DNA of 64,000 nucleotides, from NCBI GenBank assembly GCA_963788855.1, contig CAWBIE010000001.1, positions 89,437 to 153,436 of the forward strand. The letters are read 5' to 3'. The stretch is from an uncultured Verrucomicrobiae bacterium. GTDB lineage: Bacteria; Verrucomicrobiota; Verrucomicrobiia; Chthoniobacterales; UBA10450. The position numbers and the translations under genes were made by a program. Below are positions 47,915-57,111 of the stretch, piece by piece (positions within the stretch are counted from its first letter, which is position 1; every line of letters starts with the position of its first letter). The notes below the pieces were generated by a model. That model had not been told where the DNA came from. It was given only the letters and a program-made list of their open reading frames with translations, and did not search any database.

Positions 47915-49702
47915 TTAATCTTTCTCGACTGCGTCTTTCGCCAGTGGCGAGAAAGGCGAAAAACCCTTTTCAGGAGCAACTGACCAAATCACAGCAAGGC
48001 GGTCGGTATCCGTGAGACTCCGGATTTCGTGGTGCCCGGCCGGGAGGTAGCGGGGACCGTCAAATGGCGTCCCATCGAGAAAAGCCACGAGGTTCCCGCG
48101 CTCGGGGAGAAGTTCGTAATTCGCAGGAATCACAATATCGAACTCATATTTTTTCGGAAATTCCTGATCGGACGTGCTGAGCATCTTTCCCAGGACCCGA
48201 ATGCGGAACGCAACCGGGAGGTAATTCTGCTCGATAAAACTGCGCGCCCGTGACGGCATTCGAAGGACTGTTGCGACTGGTGCCCGCGTCGCAATCAGGT
48301 GCTCAGGAATTTCGTCCTTAATCAGGCCGAGTTCGAGACGGCGCAGGGTCACTCCCTCCAACACATAGTAAAACGGTCTGCGCCGAAAAATCGTCTCACC
48401 TTTGGCGTCCATCACGAAATCGCTCTTTGACGTCAGAATCTGGACGTTTGCAATCATTGTGATGGTGTCACGCAAGGCACGGGGGCGCAGTGGATAGAAA
48501 AGGAGCAGCGCGACAATTTCCCCGCCAGCGACGAGTGGGAGCGCGATCGATCGGAAACGATAATCCTGGCAACAATTGACAGATTCCAACAGTGTCCAAG
48601 TCGCAGAGACAACAAGTAGAAACACCAGTGGAACAATTGGGAGAACGTCGTGCGGTTCGACGAGTGGCCAAAGAACACCGAGTAACATGCAGAACGCAAT
48701 GGAAGTTAGCGCGATCAAGGCGATCCGATCTCGCTTGGTCGCTTCAATCGCGTTGCGCCAGCTCAAATAGCCACCAACACATGCCAGAGCTGTTAAAGGA
48801 ACCAGCAATAGCACTCGTTTCGCCAGGTCCGGCCGAAACAAGCCCGGCACAACGTTGTGCTGGATTACACAGTAGTAGAGACTCGGCAGCGCCTCTTTGC
48901 GGGCAAAGAAAGCGACGACAAGTGCGGGGATGAGGAGGGCACCAAAAAGAGCCGCGGTCGCAAGGGTCATGAGGCGTTTCCAATCGAGGCCCGTTTTGCC
49001 AATGGCTTTCGAAGCAAGAATGACAATCAACGCAACGCTCAGCGATATTACCAGGGCACTCGTCTTCATTGAAGTAGCGAAGCTCGCCCCGAGGGCTAAT
49101 CCGGTGAGAAAAGCGTTCCTCAATTCAAGGGGCCGTTTGACCAGGGCCAGGACCGACAACAGCCAGAGCAGCGCCCAAAGGTCATCCGTGCGAAACTCTG
49201 TGGACTTGACAAAAAATATTGGGTAGGCGCCGGTGAGAACGGCAGTCCAGATTCCAATGCGCCGCGAGAAAAGAATCGTTCCGCACCTATAGATACACCA
49301 CAGGCACAGAAAATAGAGGGGGACCATCGCCAGGCGCATCGCAATGACGATGTCGGCCCGTTCACCCAGCGCCCGAAAAAGGGGGACACAAAGAACTTGA
49401 AAAAGCGGCGAATGATTGTCGAAAAAGTCGCGATATGGAATGAAGCCATTCGCCCAGCCCCAGACTACGTGAAGGTGTTGAGTTTCATCGGAGTCGATAC
49501 GGAGAGTGAATACGCAAACAAGTTTCAACGCTGCGAGAAGCGTGAGAAAAAAGATCGCGATGGCTCCCTCAAATCTCGCAAAGAATCCCAGGATTCGCTG
49601 CGGGACTAAATTGGCGGAATTGTCCATTGCCTGATCCACATTTTCATCGCTTTCCACGGTGCTTGTTTTCGGACGCTGGATGGGAACTCCGCGGGATTCC
49701 AA
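47915..49702 (-). CDS. Polytopic membrane glycosyltransferase-like protein (GT-C fold suspected)
   Basis: Intact 595-aa ORF. First loop RIDSDETQHLHVVWGWANGFIPYRDFFDNHSPLF with an acidic DxDE-like motif, about 10 TM helices, C-terminal soluble domain. Family assignment is tentative. Confidence 0.45.
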   Translation of the reverse strand: MESRGVPIQRPKTSTVESDENVDQAMDNSANLVPQRILGFFARFEGAIAIFFLTLLAALKLVCVFTLRIDSDETQHLHVVWGWANGFIPYRDFFDNHSPLFQVLCVPLFRALGERADIVIAMRLAMVPLYFLCLWCIYRCGTILFSRRIGIWTAVLTGAYPIFFVKSTEFRTDDLWALLWLLSVLALVKRPLELRNAFLTGLALGASFATSMKTSALVISLSVALIVILASKAIGKTGLDWKRLMTLATAALFGALLIPALVVAFFARKEALPSLYYCVIQHNVVPGLFRPDLAKRVLLLVPLTALACVGGYLSWRNAIEATKRDRIALIALTSIAFCMLLGVLWPLVEPHDVLPIVPLVFLLVVSATWTLLESVNCCQDYRFRSIALPLVAGGEIVALLLFYPLRPRALRDTITMIANVQILTSKSDFVMDAKGETIFRRRPFYYVLEGVTLRRLELGLIKDEIPEHLIATRAPVATVLRMPSRARSFIEQNYLPVAFRIRVLGKMLSTSDQEFPKKYEFDIVIPANYELLPERGNLVAFLDGTPFDGPRYLPAGHHEIRSLTDTDRLAVIWSVAPEKGFSPFSPLAKDAVEKD

Positions 49703-49795
49703 CCATTTTTAGCGTTCATGTCCTTAAAAAAACTGGGTTTGTGGGCTTTCCTGTAGTATAGATAACTGCCGTTTCCGCTAAGCTTTTGAAGCCCG

Positions 49796-51442
49796 ATGCA
49801 CGCCGCTTTTTATCAGTCTGAACTTGATCAGCCGCACCCGAACCGTGCGCGCGCTATCATAAGTGCGCATCCGGAGGTTCGGCAGTTAATGGTGAGAAAC
49901 CCATACACTGCGCTCATCGCTCTGTCGGTCGTGGTTCTGCAAACATCAATCGCGTATCTGATGGGCAGATTAGGATTCAGTTATTGGTGGCTCAGTATGT
50001 TGGTCGCCTACTGCGTGGGCGCCTTCGCCAATCACTGCAATTACGTCATTATCCACGACGCGACCCATAACCTGATTCTTCGCAGCAAGAGCTGGAACAA
50101 AATAGTGGGAATCATGGCCGATCTTCCCAACCTCACGGCCGGTGCGATGGGCTTTCGTGTTTACCATCTCAAGCACCATTCGCATCAGGGGAATTACGAA
50201 TGGGACGCTGATTTGGCCAACCATTGGGAGGCACGGCTCGTCGGCAATAAATGGTATCGCAAAGCGATCTGGCTGATGCTCTTCCCGTTCTTCCAGCTAA
50301 CGCGCCCGCCGCGTCTGAAGGCGATCACGATGTGGGATCGATGGTTTCTGATCAATCTCGTCTGGGCGGCGGCTTACGATGTGGCGGTGGTTTATTTTTG
50401 CGGATGGGCCGGGCTGCTTTACCTGGTTTTTTCGTTTTTCTTTTCCATCGGCCTTCATCCGGTAGGTGCCCGCTGGATCCAGGAGCATTACACCAACGAT
50501 CCGGAGCAGGAGACCTACAGCTACTACGGGCCGATCAACTTCCTGGCCCTGAACATGGGTTATCATAACGAGCACCACGATCTGCCTTCGATTCCATGGA
50601 ATAATCTGCCGAAACTGCGGGCAATGGCGCCGGAATTTTACGATAATCTGAAGTATCACTCATCCTGGAGCCGGCTCCTTTTCCAGTTCATTTTCGATCC
50701 GCGTTACACGTTGTTCTCGCGAATCGAGCGCGCCAAAGAGAGAAAGGACGGCTCGTCTTATGTCGCGACCGGAAGAGTAGACCGGACAGGGCCGGTCGCT
50801 TTGCCGCCGAAGCGACCAGCCTTTAGCCCCATGGAACAACTCTACGTCTCGAACAAAAACGAAACGGTCCGCATGTTTGAGAGCGACTTCATGGAATTCT
50901 GCTCCCACGTGCATCCGGCCACACCCGTGATCTTGTACATGCCGGTCGTTGGCTACATGCTTTACGCCTCTTTTGCGCACAAGAAATTGTCGATCCTGGC
51001 GGTGGCGGGGTTATTTGTGATCGGGGTGCTGATCTGGACGCTTCTCGAGTACATCATACACCGCCACGTTTTTCATTATGAACCAAAGAGCCGGTGGGGA
51101 AAAAAACTGCACTTTATTGTCCACGGCGTGCACCATGATTATCCGAATGATGCCACCCGGCTGGTCATGCCACCTAGTGTGAGCATTCCGCTGGCGATTG
51201 TATTCTGGGTGCTTTTTGCCGCGACACTGGGCCGGTTCGCGCCGGCCGTCTCCGCCGGATTTGGATTTGGCTACGTCTGTTACGACAGTATTCATTACGC
51301 GACGCACCACTTTGCTATGAAGCGAGGGGTTGGGCTCTGGCTGAAACAGTATCATCTTCGCCATCATTATAAGGACGATGAGGCGGGTTATGGGGTCAGC
51401 TCCCCTCTCTGGGATTACATTTTCCGGACCACCCGCAAGTAG
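49796..51442 (+). CDS. Fusion protein: sphingolipid Delta4-desaturase (DEGS1/DES1-like) N-terminal domain + fatty acid 2-hydroxylase (FA2H/Scs7-like) C-terminal domain
   Basis: Residues 1-~320 align by eye with human DEGS1, with His boxes [15 protein letters not shown] and [34 protein letters not shown] (human: [30 protein letters not shown]). Residues ~345-548 align with the FA2H catalytic domain: [63 protein letters not shown]. A single uninterrupted 548-aa ORF. Confidence 0.85.
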   Translation: [548 protein letters not shown]

Positions 51443-51686
51443 GGCCTGATCTGGCAAAATCCGAACGAACTCGGGCAAGACTGGCCCCACTAAAATCTTG
51501 TGGGGCGTCGTAGAATCGCTACAGTAGTTGCCCCGACATGGGACTCTATCGCGCGCGGCCCTGGAAGCCCCGGCGGGAGAGCCTACCCATAAGGTAATTA
51601 CCAATTCCTCGAAATATTATGAGCAGCCATGTGCTTGTGAACGAACAACATCTTATTGCCGGGGGCGGCATCACGGGCGCGTGGCG

Positions 51687-52940
51687 ATGAACCAGGATCC
51701 CTTCAAACTTAGCCTCGGTAACTTTCTCGCCGCCGGCGAAAGTTCCAACCCTCTTCAAGCCCCGGCCAGCTTCACAAATTGGGTTCGCGAAAGCGCGTGG
51801 GCCCGCGAGTTCTACGAGCCGGAGTTACTCGGTACGGCGGACGCGCGCACAACCGTCACCTACGACGGCAAACCCTGCTCCGTCATCAACCTCTGTTCCT
51901 ACAATTATCTTGGCCTGGCCAATCACCCGGAAGTGCTGGCCGCGGCCCAGGAGGCCCTGAAGACGCACGGTCTGGGGGCGTGCGGCGCACCCATTCTTTC
52001 CGGCATGACCGATCTGCATCGGGAGCTGGAGCGGCGCGTTGCCGAATTTCTTGGCCGCGAGGATGCCATGCTTTTCAATAGCGGATTCGGCGGCGCGCTC
52101 GGTACGATTTCCGGAATGCTGCGCAAGTCCGATGTGGCGATTCTCGATAACCGCTCGCACCTCAGCTTGCGCGATGGCGCCGTCCTGTCGCGCTGTCGCA
52201 CGGAGAAGTTTGAGCATAACGATCCCGCTTCACTCGACACCGCGCTGCGCCGGCAGCAAGGCCGGCGTCAGCTTGTCATCATGGAGGGCATCTATTCCAT
52301 GGACGGCGACTTCGGTAATCTGGAAGAGCTGATCGAGGTGGCCGAGTCTCACGGCGCCAGGACCTTTATCGATGAAGCGCATTCGATGCTGGCCTGCGGT
52401 GAAAATGGTCGCGGCGCTGCCGAGAAATTCGGCGTAGAAGATCGGATTCCGCTCGTCTACGGCACGTTTTCCAAAGCCTTTGCTGCGCTCGGTGGATTTG
52501 TGGCGGGCCCGAAGGAAACGCTCGAATACCTGCGCTTTTACGCGCATCCGTATGTTTATTCCTGCGCGCTGCCACCGGTGGTGATTGCTGGAATTATCAA
52601 AGCGCTCGAGATCGGCATTCGGGAGCCGGAATTGCGAACGCAACTTTGGGAAAACGCCGAATACTTCCACACCCAACTGCGGGGTCTTGGTATCGATACG
52701 GGTGCTTCGACGACCTACGTCATGCCGATCGTCATTGGAGAGCGCGAGCGCATGTACCGGCTGTGCCACGAATTGCGCCGGCGCGGTTTGTGGGTTGCCC
52801 CGGTCGATTATCCGGCCGTGCCCTTGAGTCGCGTCTGCTTCCGCGCCTGTGTCACGGCCAAGCATACGCGGGCGGATCTCGACGAAGCGCTGAACATTCT
52901 CGAAGACACACTCGTCCCGGCGATGCTGCAAAGCGCCTGA
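51687..52940 (+). CDS. Alpha-oxoamine synthase family PLP enzyme, candidate serine palmitoyltransferase
   Basis: ATG 51687. NLCSYNYLGLANHPEV, FNSGFGGALG, DNRSHLSLRDG, EGIYSMDGD, FIDEAHSMLACGENGRG and the PLP-lysine context YGTFSKAFAALGGFVAG. The SPT assignment rests on genomic context (adjacent DEGS/FA2H homologue) plus the presence of a separate kbl in this window. Confidence 0.7.
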   Translation: MNQDPFKLSLGNFLAAGESSNPLQAPASFTNWVRESAWAREFYEPELLGTADARTTVTYDGKPCSVINLCSYNYLGLANHPEVLAAAQEALKTHGLGACGAPILSGMTDLHRELERRVAEFLGREDAMLFNSGFGGALGTISGMLRKSDVAILDNRSHLSLRDGAVLSRCRTEKFEHNDPASLDTALRRQQGRRQLVIMEGIYSMDGDFGNLEELIEVAESHGARTFIDEAHSMLACGENGRGAAEKFGVEDRIPLVYGTFSKAFAALGGFVAGPKETLEYLRFYAHPYVYSCALPPVVIAGIIKALEIGIREPELRTQLWENAEYFHTQLRGLGIDTGASTTYVMPIVIGERERMYRLCHELRRRGLWVAPVDYPAVPLSRVCFRACVTAKHTRADLDEALNILEDTLVPAMLQSA

Positions 52941-52961
52941 GACGGGTTCGATTGCGATTTA

Positions 52962-53888
52962 ATGCCCGAACCCATCGAGCCGACGCTTTCGCCTCTGGAA
53001 GCGACTTACAAGACGCGCGACGTCGAAGGCATCCTCGATCTCTATTTTTATCGGAAGCTCGCTTTTAAACTGGCGACCCTTTTCGCGAGACTAAAGATTA
53101 CGCCGACGGCGGTGACAGTTTTCGGCGGGTTCCTCGGAATCCTGGCCGGGCATCTTTATTTCTATTCCGATCTCTTCACAAACATCGTGGGAATGGTCCT
53201 CCATGTTTGCGCAAATACGCTCGATAATGTCGACGGTCAGCTGGCCCGTTTGCTCAATCAAAAAAGCAGGTCTGGCCGGGTAATCGACAGTCTGTTCGAT
53301 CATTTGATATTTCTGAGCATTTACGTGCATCTCACCCTGCGCTGCCTGGTCGCGGGAGCCTCGCCCGCGGTCTGTCTGCTCGCCCTGGCCGCCGGTCTCA
53401 GCCATGCGCTGCAGGGCGCGGCCGCGGACTATTATCGCAACGGCTATTTGTACTTTGTGAAGGGCCAGGCGGGCGCGGACTGGGATTCCTCCGATTCCCT
53501 TCGAGCCGAGTATCGGCAACTGAGCTGGTGGGCGGAACCGTGGAACAAATTCCTGCTCGCGTCCTATCTCAACTTTACCTGGCAACAGGAATGGCTCTCG
53601 CCGGCGTTGAAACGTTTGCGCGATCTCACCGTGCGCACTTTCCCGGGCGAGATACCAGGGTCGTTGCGGCAGCATTATCGGGAGACAGCCCAGCCGATGC
53701 TCCGATGGTGGGGATTACTCATGACCAACACGCGCATGCTGTTTCTCTTCTTCTTTTTGATCATCGATCGGCCGGCCTGGTTTTTTTGGCTGGAGCTAAG
53801 CGTGTTCAATCTCCTGCTCGGCCATCTGATTCTGCGGCAGGAAAAAATGTCGCTTCTTCTGTGCAAAGACGTGACCGAGGCGGCCTGA
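52962..53888 (+). CDS. CDP-alcohol phosphatidyltransferase family membrane enzyme
   Basis: Perfect family signature D(x)2DG(x)2AR(x)8G(x)3D(x)3D in LDNVDGQLARLLNQKSRSGRVIDSLFDHL. Multiple TM helices. Confidence 0.8.
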   Translation: MPEPIEPTLSPLEATYKTRDVEGILDLYFYRKLAFKLATLFARLKITPTAVTVFGGFLGILAGHLYFYSDLFTNIVGMVLHVCANTLDNVDGQLARLLNQKSRSGRVIDSLFDHLIFLSIYVHLTLRCLVAGASPAVCLLALAAGLSHALQGAAADYYRNGYLYFVKGQAGADWDSSDSLRAEYRQLSWWAEPWNKFLLASYLNFTWQQEWLSPALKRLRDLTVRTFPGEIPGSLRQHYRETAQPMLRWWGLLMTNTRMLFLFFFLIIDRPAWFFWLELSVFNLLLGHLILRQEKMSLLLCKDVTEAA

Positions 53889-53913
53889 GGTCATATAAGT
53901 TTGCTCCAATCTC

Positions 53914-55047
53914 GTGTCGCAAATTGAAATCTCAGAAGTCAGGTCGCGTCGGGACCGCGATGCTTTCATTAAATTTCCGTGGCGCATTTACAAGGATGAT
54001 CCCGCCTGGGTTCCCCCTTTAATCATCGAGCGCAAAGCCTTTCTCGATCGAAAGCGGCATCCGTTTTACGAGCACGGCGATGCGGCTTTGTTTCTGGCGC
54101 GACAGAATGGCGAAATCGTCGGCCGAATCATGGCGAGCGACGATCCGAATTACAACGCGCTTCATCAGTCGAACGTTGGCTGTTTTGGACTATTCGAGTG
54201 CATCGATAACCTCGAGGTGGCGGCCGCGCTCCTGCAGGCGGCCATGGATTGGGTAGGAAAGAAAGGACGCGAGGAAATCATGGGGCCGATCGATTATTCG
54301 ACCAACTATGTTTGTGCGTTGCTCATCGACGGGTTTCAATATCCGCCGACCCTTCTGACATCGCACAACCCGCCCTATTACGCGAAATTGCTCGAAGGCT
54401 GTGGCCTGGCCAAAGTGAAAGACTGGTACGCGTGGTGGTTTTCCGAATATACGGAACCGGCCGAGCGACTTCGAAAAATTGCGATGGCCCGCGCGAGCAA
54501 ACAGGGCGTCTCGATTCGACCGATCAATTTGAAGGATGTCGAGGGCGAGAGTCAGCGAATCCGGGCGATTTACAATCAGGCCTGGGAGAAGAACTGGGGG
54601 TTCGTGCCGTTCACAGAATCTGAAATTCTACATATGGCCAAGGAGATGAAGCCGCTGATTGTTCCGCAGGGAACTTTGCTGGCGGAGATAGCAGGCGAGC
54701 CAGTCGCGTTTGTCATCGCCGTTCCCGACATTCATGTTGCTTTTCGACGAATCAACGGGCGATTGACGTGGTTCGGACTTCCGATTGGCTTACTCAAGCT
54801 TCTCTATTATCGAACGAAGATTCGCACCGGGCGGTTGGTCGCGCTCGGAGTGGTGGAGAAGTATCGCCGCGCTGCCATCGCTGAGATGCTCGTGCTGCAT
54901 CTGATGGACGCGGCGTTCAAGCGCGGATTCACCGGCGAACTCAGTATGACTCTTGAAGACAATGTCATGATCAATAGTTTCATTGAATCGATGGGCGCGG
55001 CCAGATACAAGACTTACCGCATTTACCGGAAAGTTATCAAGGAGTGA
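53914..55047 (+). CDS. GNAT-like (double acyl-CoA N-acyltransferase fold) protein, candidate N-acyltransferase
   Basis: Intact 377-aa ORF (GTG start). N-terminal FIKFPWRIYKDDPAWVPPL...GRIMASDDPNYN...GCFGLFE and C-terminal NQAWEKNWGFVPFTESE...GEPVAFVIAVPD...GVVEKYRRAAIAEML resemble proteins usually annotated as N-acetyltransferases. Recognised from memory only. Confidence 0.45.
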   Translation: MSQIEISEVRSRRDRDAFIKFPWRIYKDDPAWVPPLIIERKAFLDRKRHPFYEHGDAALFLARQNGEIVGRIMASDDPNYNALHQSNVGCFGLFECIDNLEVAAALLQAAMDWVGKKGREEIMGPIDYSTNYVCALLIDGFQYPPTLLTSHNPPYYAKLLEGCGLAKVKDWYAWWFSEYTEPAERLRKIAMARASKQGVSIRPINLKDVEGESQRIRAIYNQAWEKNWGFVPFTESEILHMAKEMKPLIVPQGTLLAEIAGEPVAFVIAVPDIHVAFRRINGRLTWFGLPIGLLKLLYYRTKIRTGRLVALGVVEKYRRAAIAEMLVLHLMDAAFKRGFTGELSMTLEDNVMINSFIESMGAARYKTYRIYRKVIKE

Positions 55048-55070
55048 CGGCTTCCTCAGCGGTCCGGGTT

Positions 55071-56402
55071 TCATTCGGCCCCGACAGCTTTTGGGGTCGC
55101 TCGTTGGATTTGCGATCCCTTGCGCAGCTGGCAAAACACCCAAATCGCACGGGGCAAATGCAAGGCCGCCGTGGCCAGGACTAACCAAGGCATGATGATG
55201 AAAGCTTGGGCTGTCGCCCCGAAGAGAAATCCAATCGTTAGCATCCAGACCATGACATTGCGCCGTCCGCCAATGAGATGCACGAGTCGTTCGAATGTCC
55301 CCAGTTCCTCGATCGATCTGCCGGTCGCGAAACGAACGCCGGATTTCAGGATTCCATCGACCCCTTGGGCCAAAAGGAGCAAGGTGAGGTAACGAAAAGC
55401 GCCGGGTACTTGCCCGGAGTTATGCAAATAATAGGCAAGAGCAATCCACCATGAGATTTCGAAAAATGCATCGAACCAATGCTCCAGTTTTCCGTGCTTG
55501 GTTGTCTCGACTTTGACGCGCGCCTGTTTTCCATCGAGACCGTCGAGAACGCCGACGATTAAGGCGAGGGTGAGGCCCCAACCGAGCCGGCCAGTAGCCA
55601 AAAGAATCGTCGCGCTCCAAGCGACGACGTTGGTAAGAATCGTCAACTGGTTAGGTGTGATCGAAGTTTCGCAGAGGTGGGAAACAAGAAATGTCTCGAT
55701 CGGGCCATGAATGATCGCGGGAAGGTCGAGCGTGCCCTTTTGAGCTGAATCGAGAAGGACCCATTTGGCCAGCTTCGCGCGCTCTGGCGTTGGGGCCGGG
55801 AACCAATAGGCTCTTAGCTTTCGGTTGAGCGGCGCATAATACAGAGGTTCGGTGGCCACATCCGCCGCCGCCAGCGTTTGGTCCTCCAAACCTGTGCGCA
55901 AGACATCTGGCAGGGATCCCGTGCGAGAGCGGGCCCAGTCGCGTCGCAGGAACGCCGGTCCGCAAAGCTTGCCGCGTTTTGTTGGAGGTGCAGAAGCAAC
56001 CAGCGAGGAACGTCGAGCCGGCACAGCGGAATCCACCAGCGCGGCCGGCTCGTCGTACGAAAGAAACATCCGCAAGAGCCGCTGATCTAACACTGAATTA
56101 GCGGGAAGAATGAGCAGAAGTTCAACGCTGTCTGGCCAGAGATCGGCAATGTGTTCCATCGTCACAGGGCCGACCGGTCGCACGCAGATTGTCAAATCGA
56201 GTTCGGCGCGCGCCCATGATGGTCTGGCCAACTCTTGCGCGATCCGTTCGGGAGTGCTTGACAAAACAATCGCCCGTTTGAATCCGCATCGCTGGAGTGT
56301 GCGTAATAAGCGTTCAAGTATCGAGATTCCGCACAATTTGATTAACGCGCTCGGACTGTCCGCCAGAACCACGCATTGCTCAGTCATTGTTTCTGGTCGC
56401 AA
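55071..56402 (-). CDS. Fusion of a degenerate nucleotidyltransferase-like domain with a CDP-alcohol phosphotransferase membrane domain (IPCT/DIPPS-like architecture)
   Basis: N-terminus VVLADSPSALIKLCGISILERLLRTLQRCGFKRAIVL has the layout of an NTP-transferase fold but lacks the GxGxR loop. The C-terminal TM region carries LDGLDGKQARVKVETTKHGKLEHWFDAFFE, a variant of the CDP-OH-P transferase motif. Confidence 0.65.
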   Translation of the reverse strand: MRPETMTEQCVVLADSPSALIKLCGISILERLLRTLQRCGFKRAIVLSSTPERIAQELARPSWARAELDLTICVRPVGPVTMEHIADLWPDSVELLLILPANSVLDQRLLRMFLSYDEPAALVDSAVPARRSSLVASAPPTKRGKLCGPAFLRRDWARSRTGSLPDVLRTGLEDQTLAAADVATEPLYYAPLNRKLRAYWFPAPTPERAKLAKWVLLDSAQKGTLDLPAIIHGPIETFLVSHLCETSITPNQLTILTNVVAWSATILLATGRLGWGLTLALIVGVLDGLDGKQARVKVETTKHGKLEHWFDAFFEISWWIALAYYLHNSGQVPGAFRYLTLLLLAQGVDGILKSGVRFATGRSIEELGTFERLVHLIGGRRNVMVWMLTIGFLFGATAQAFIIMPWLVLATAALHLPRAIWVFCQLRKGSQIQRATPKAVGAE

Positions 56403-57111
56403 TCAATTTCCGGGCATGTTCCAGCGTCTCGGCCGAATCGACATCCTGCCACCATGCGTTGCCGATATCGATCGCCCGAACTTTTCCATCAGCGGCCATC
56501 AATCGGACACCATCGGCCAGACTGCAATCTCCATCGCGTTTCGCTTTCTCCAGACATGCGAAAATCTCCGGCGAACAAACAAACAAGCCGGTATCGATTG
56601 CGTCGTAGTCTTCGAGGTTTTTGCCGATCGCAACGAGCCGGTCTTTGCGCGTCTGGACTTTCATTGCGTCATCTAAATCGAAAATGCAATCAAGTTTTCG
56701 GTCGACCGCGAGAGTCAGTTCATTGGCGTTGGAGCTTCTCAGGAGAAGATCGACAATCGAGTCTTCAAAAATATGGTCGCCCATTGTCAGGATAAATGGT
56801 GCATTCACGCTAGGGGCCGCTGCCAGCACAGAAATGCCATTTTGTTTCTGCCACTCCGGGTTTTCGATCCAAAATAAATTCATGCCAGTAGGAATCAGTG
56901 GCATTATTCCCGCCCGCAGCGAATCGCTCTCGAATCCAATGACAGCGTGAATCGTTTCGATGCCTGCCTTGGCGAGGGTGTCCAAAGTGTAAGAAATGAG
57001 AGGCCGCCCGCTCAGAGAGATGAGCGGTTTGGGCGAATTCTCGCCACTGCGCCGCAGCCGCGAGCCCGATCCGGCCATAAGAATGACCGCGTTAGAGATC
57101 GGCTTCTTCAT
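56380..57111 (-). CDS. Nucleotidyltransferase (sugar/alcohol-phosphate cytidylyltransferase-like)
   Basis: AVILMAGSGSRLRRSGENSPKPLISLSGRPLISYTLDTL is the canonical NTP-transferase N-terminus. 243 aa. The 23-nt overlap with the downstream fusion gene suggests coupling. Confidence 0.75.
   Translation of the reverse strand: MKKPISNAVILMAGSGSRLRRSGENSPKPLISLSGRPLISYTLDTLAKAGIETIHAVIGFESDSLRAGIMPLIPTGMNLFWIENPEWQKQNGISVLAAAPSVNAPFILTMGDHIFEDSIVDLLLRSSNANELTLAVDRKLDCIFDLDDAMKVQTRKDRLVAIGKNLEDYDAIDTGLFVCSPEIFACLEKAKRDGDCSLADGVRLMAADGKVRAIDIGNAWWQDVDSAETLEHARKLIATRNND

Noticed and set aside
51687-52940. Possibility that the second alpha-oxoamine synthase is just a second Kbl, BioF or ALAS
   Set aside because: Not fully excluded from sequence alone. 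It is disfavoured because a genuine kbl is present elsewhere in the window and no biotin or haem genes are adjacent. The neighbouring genes are ceramide-specific tailoring homologues and phospho-headgroup transferases.
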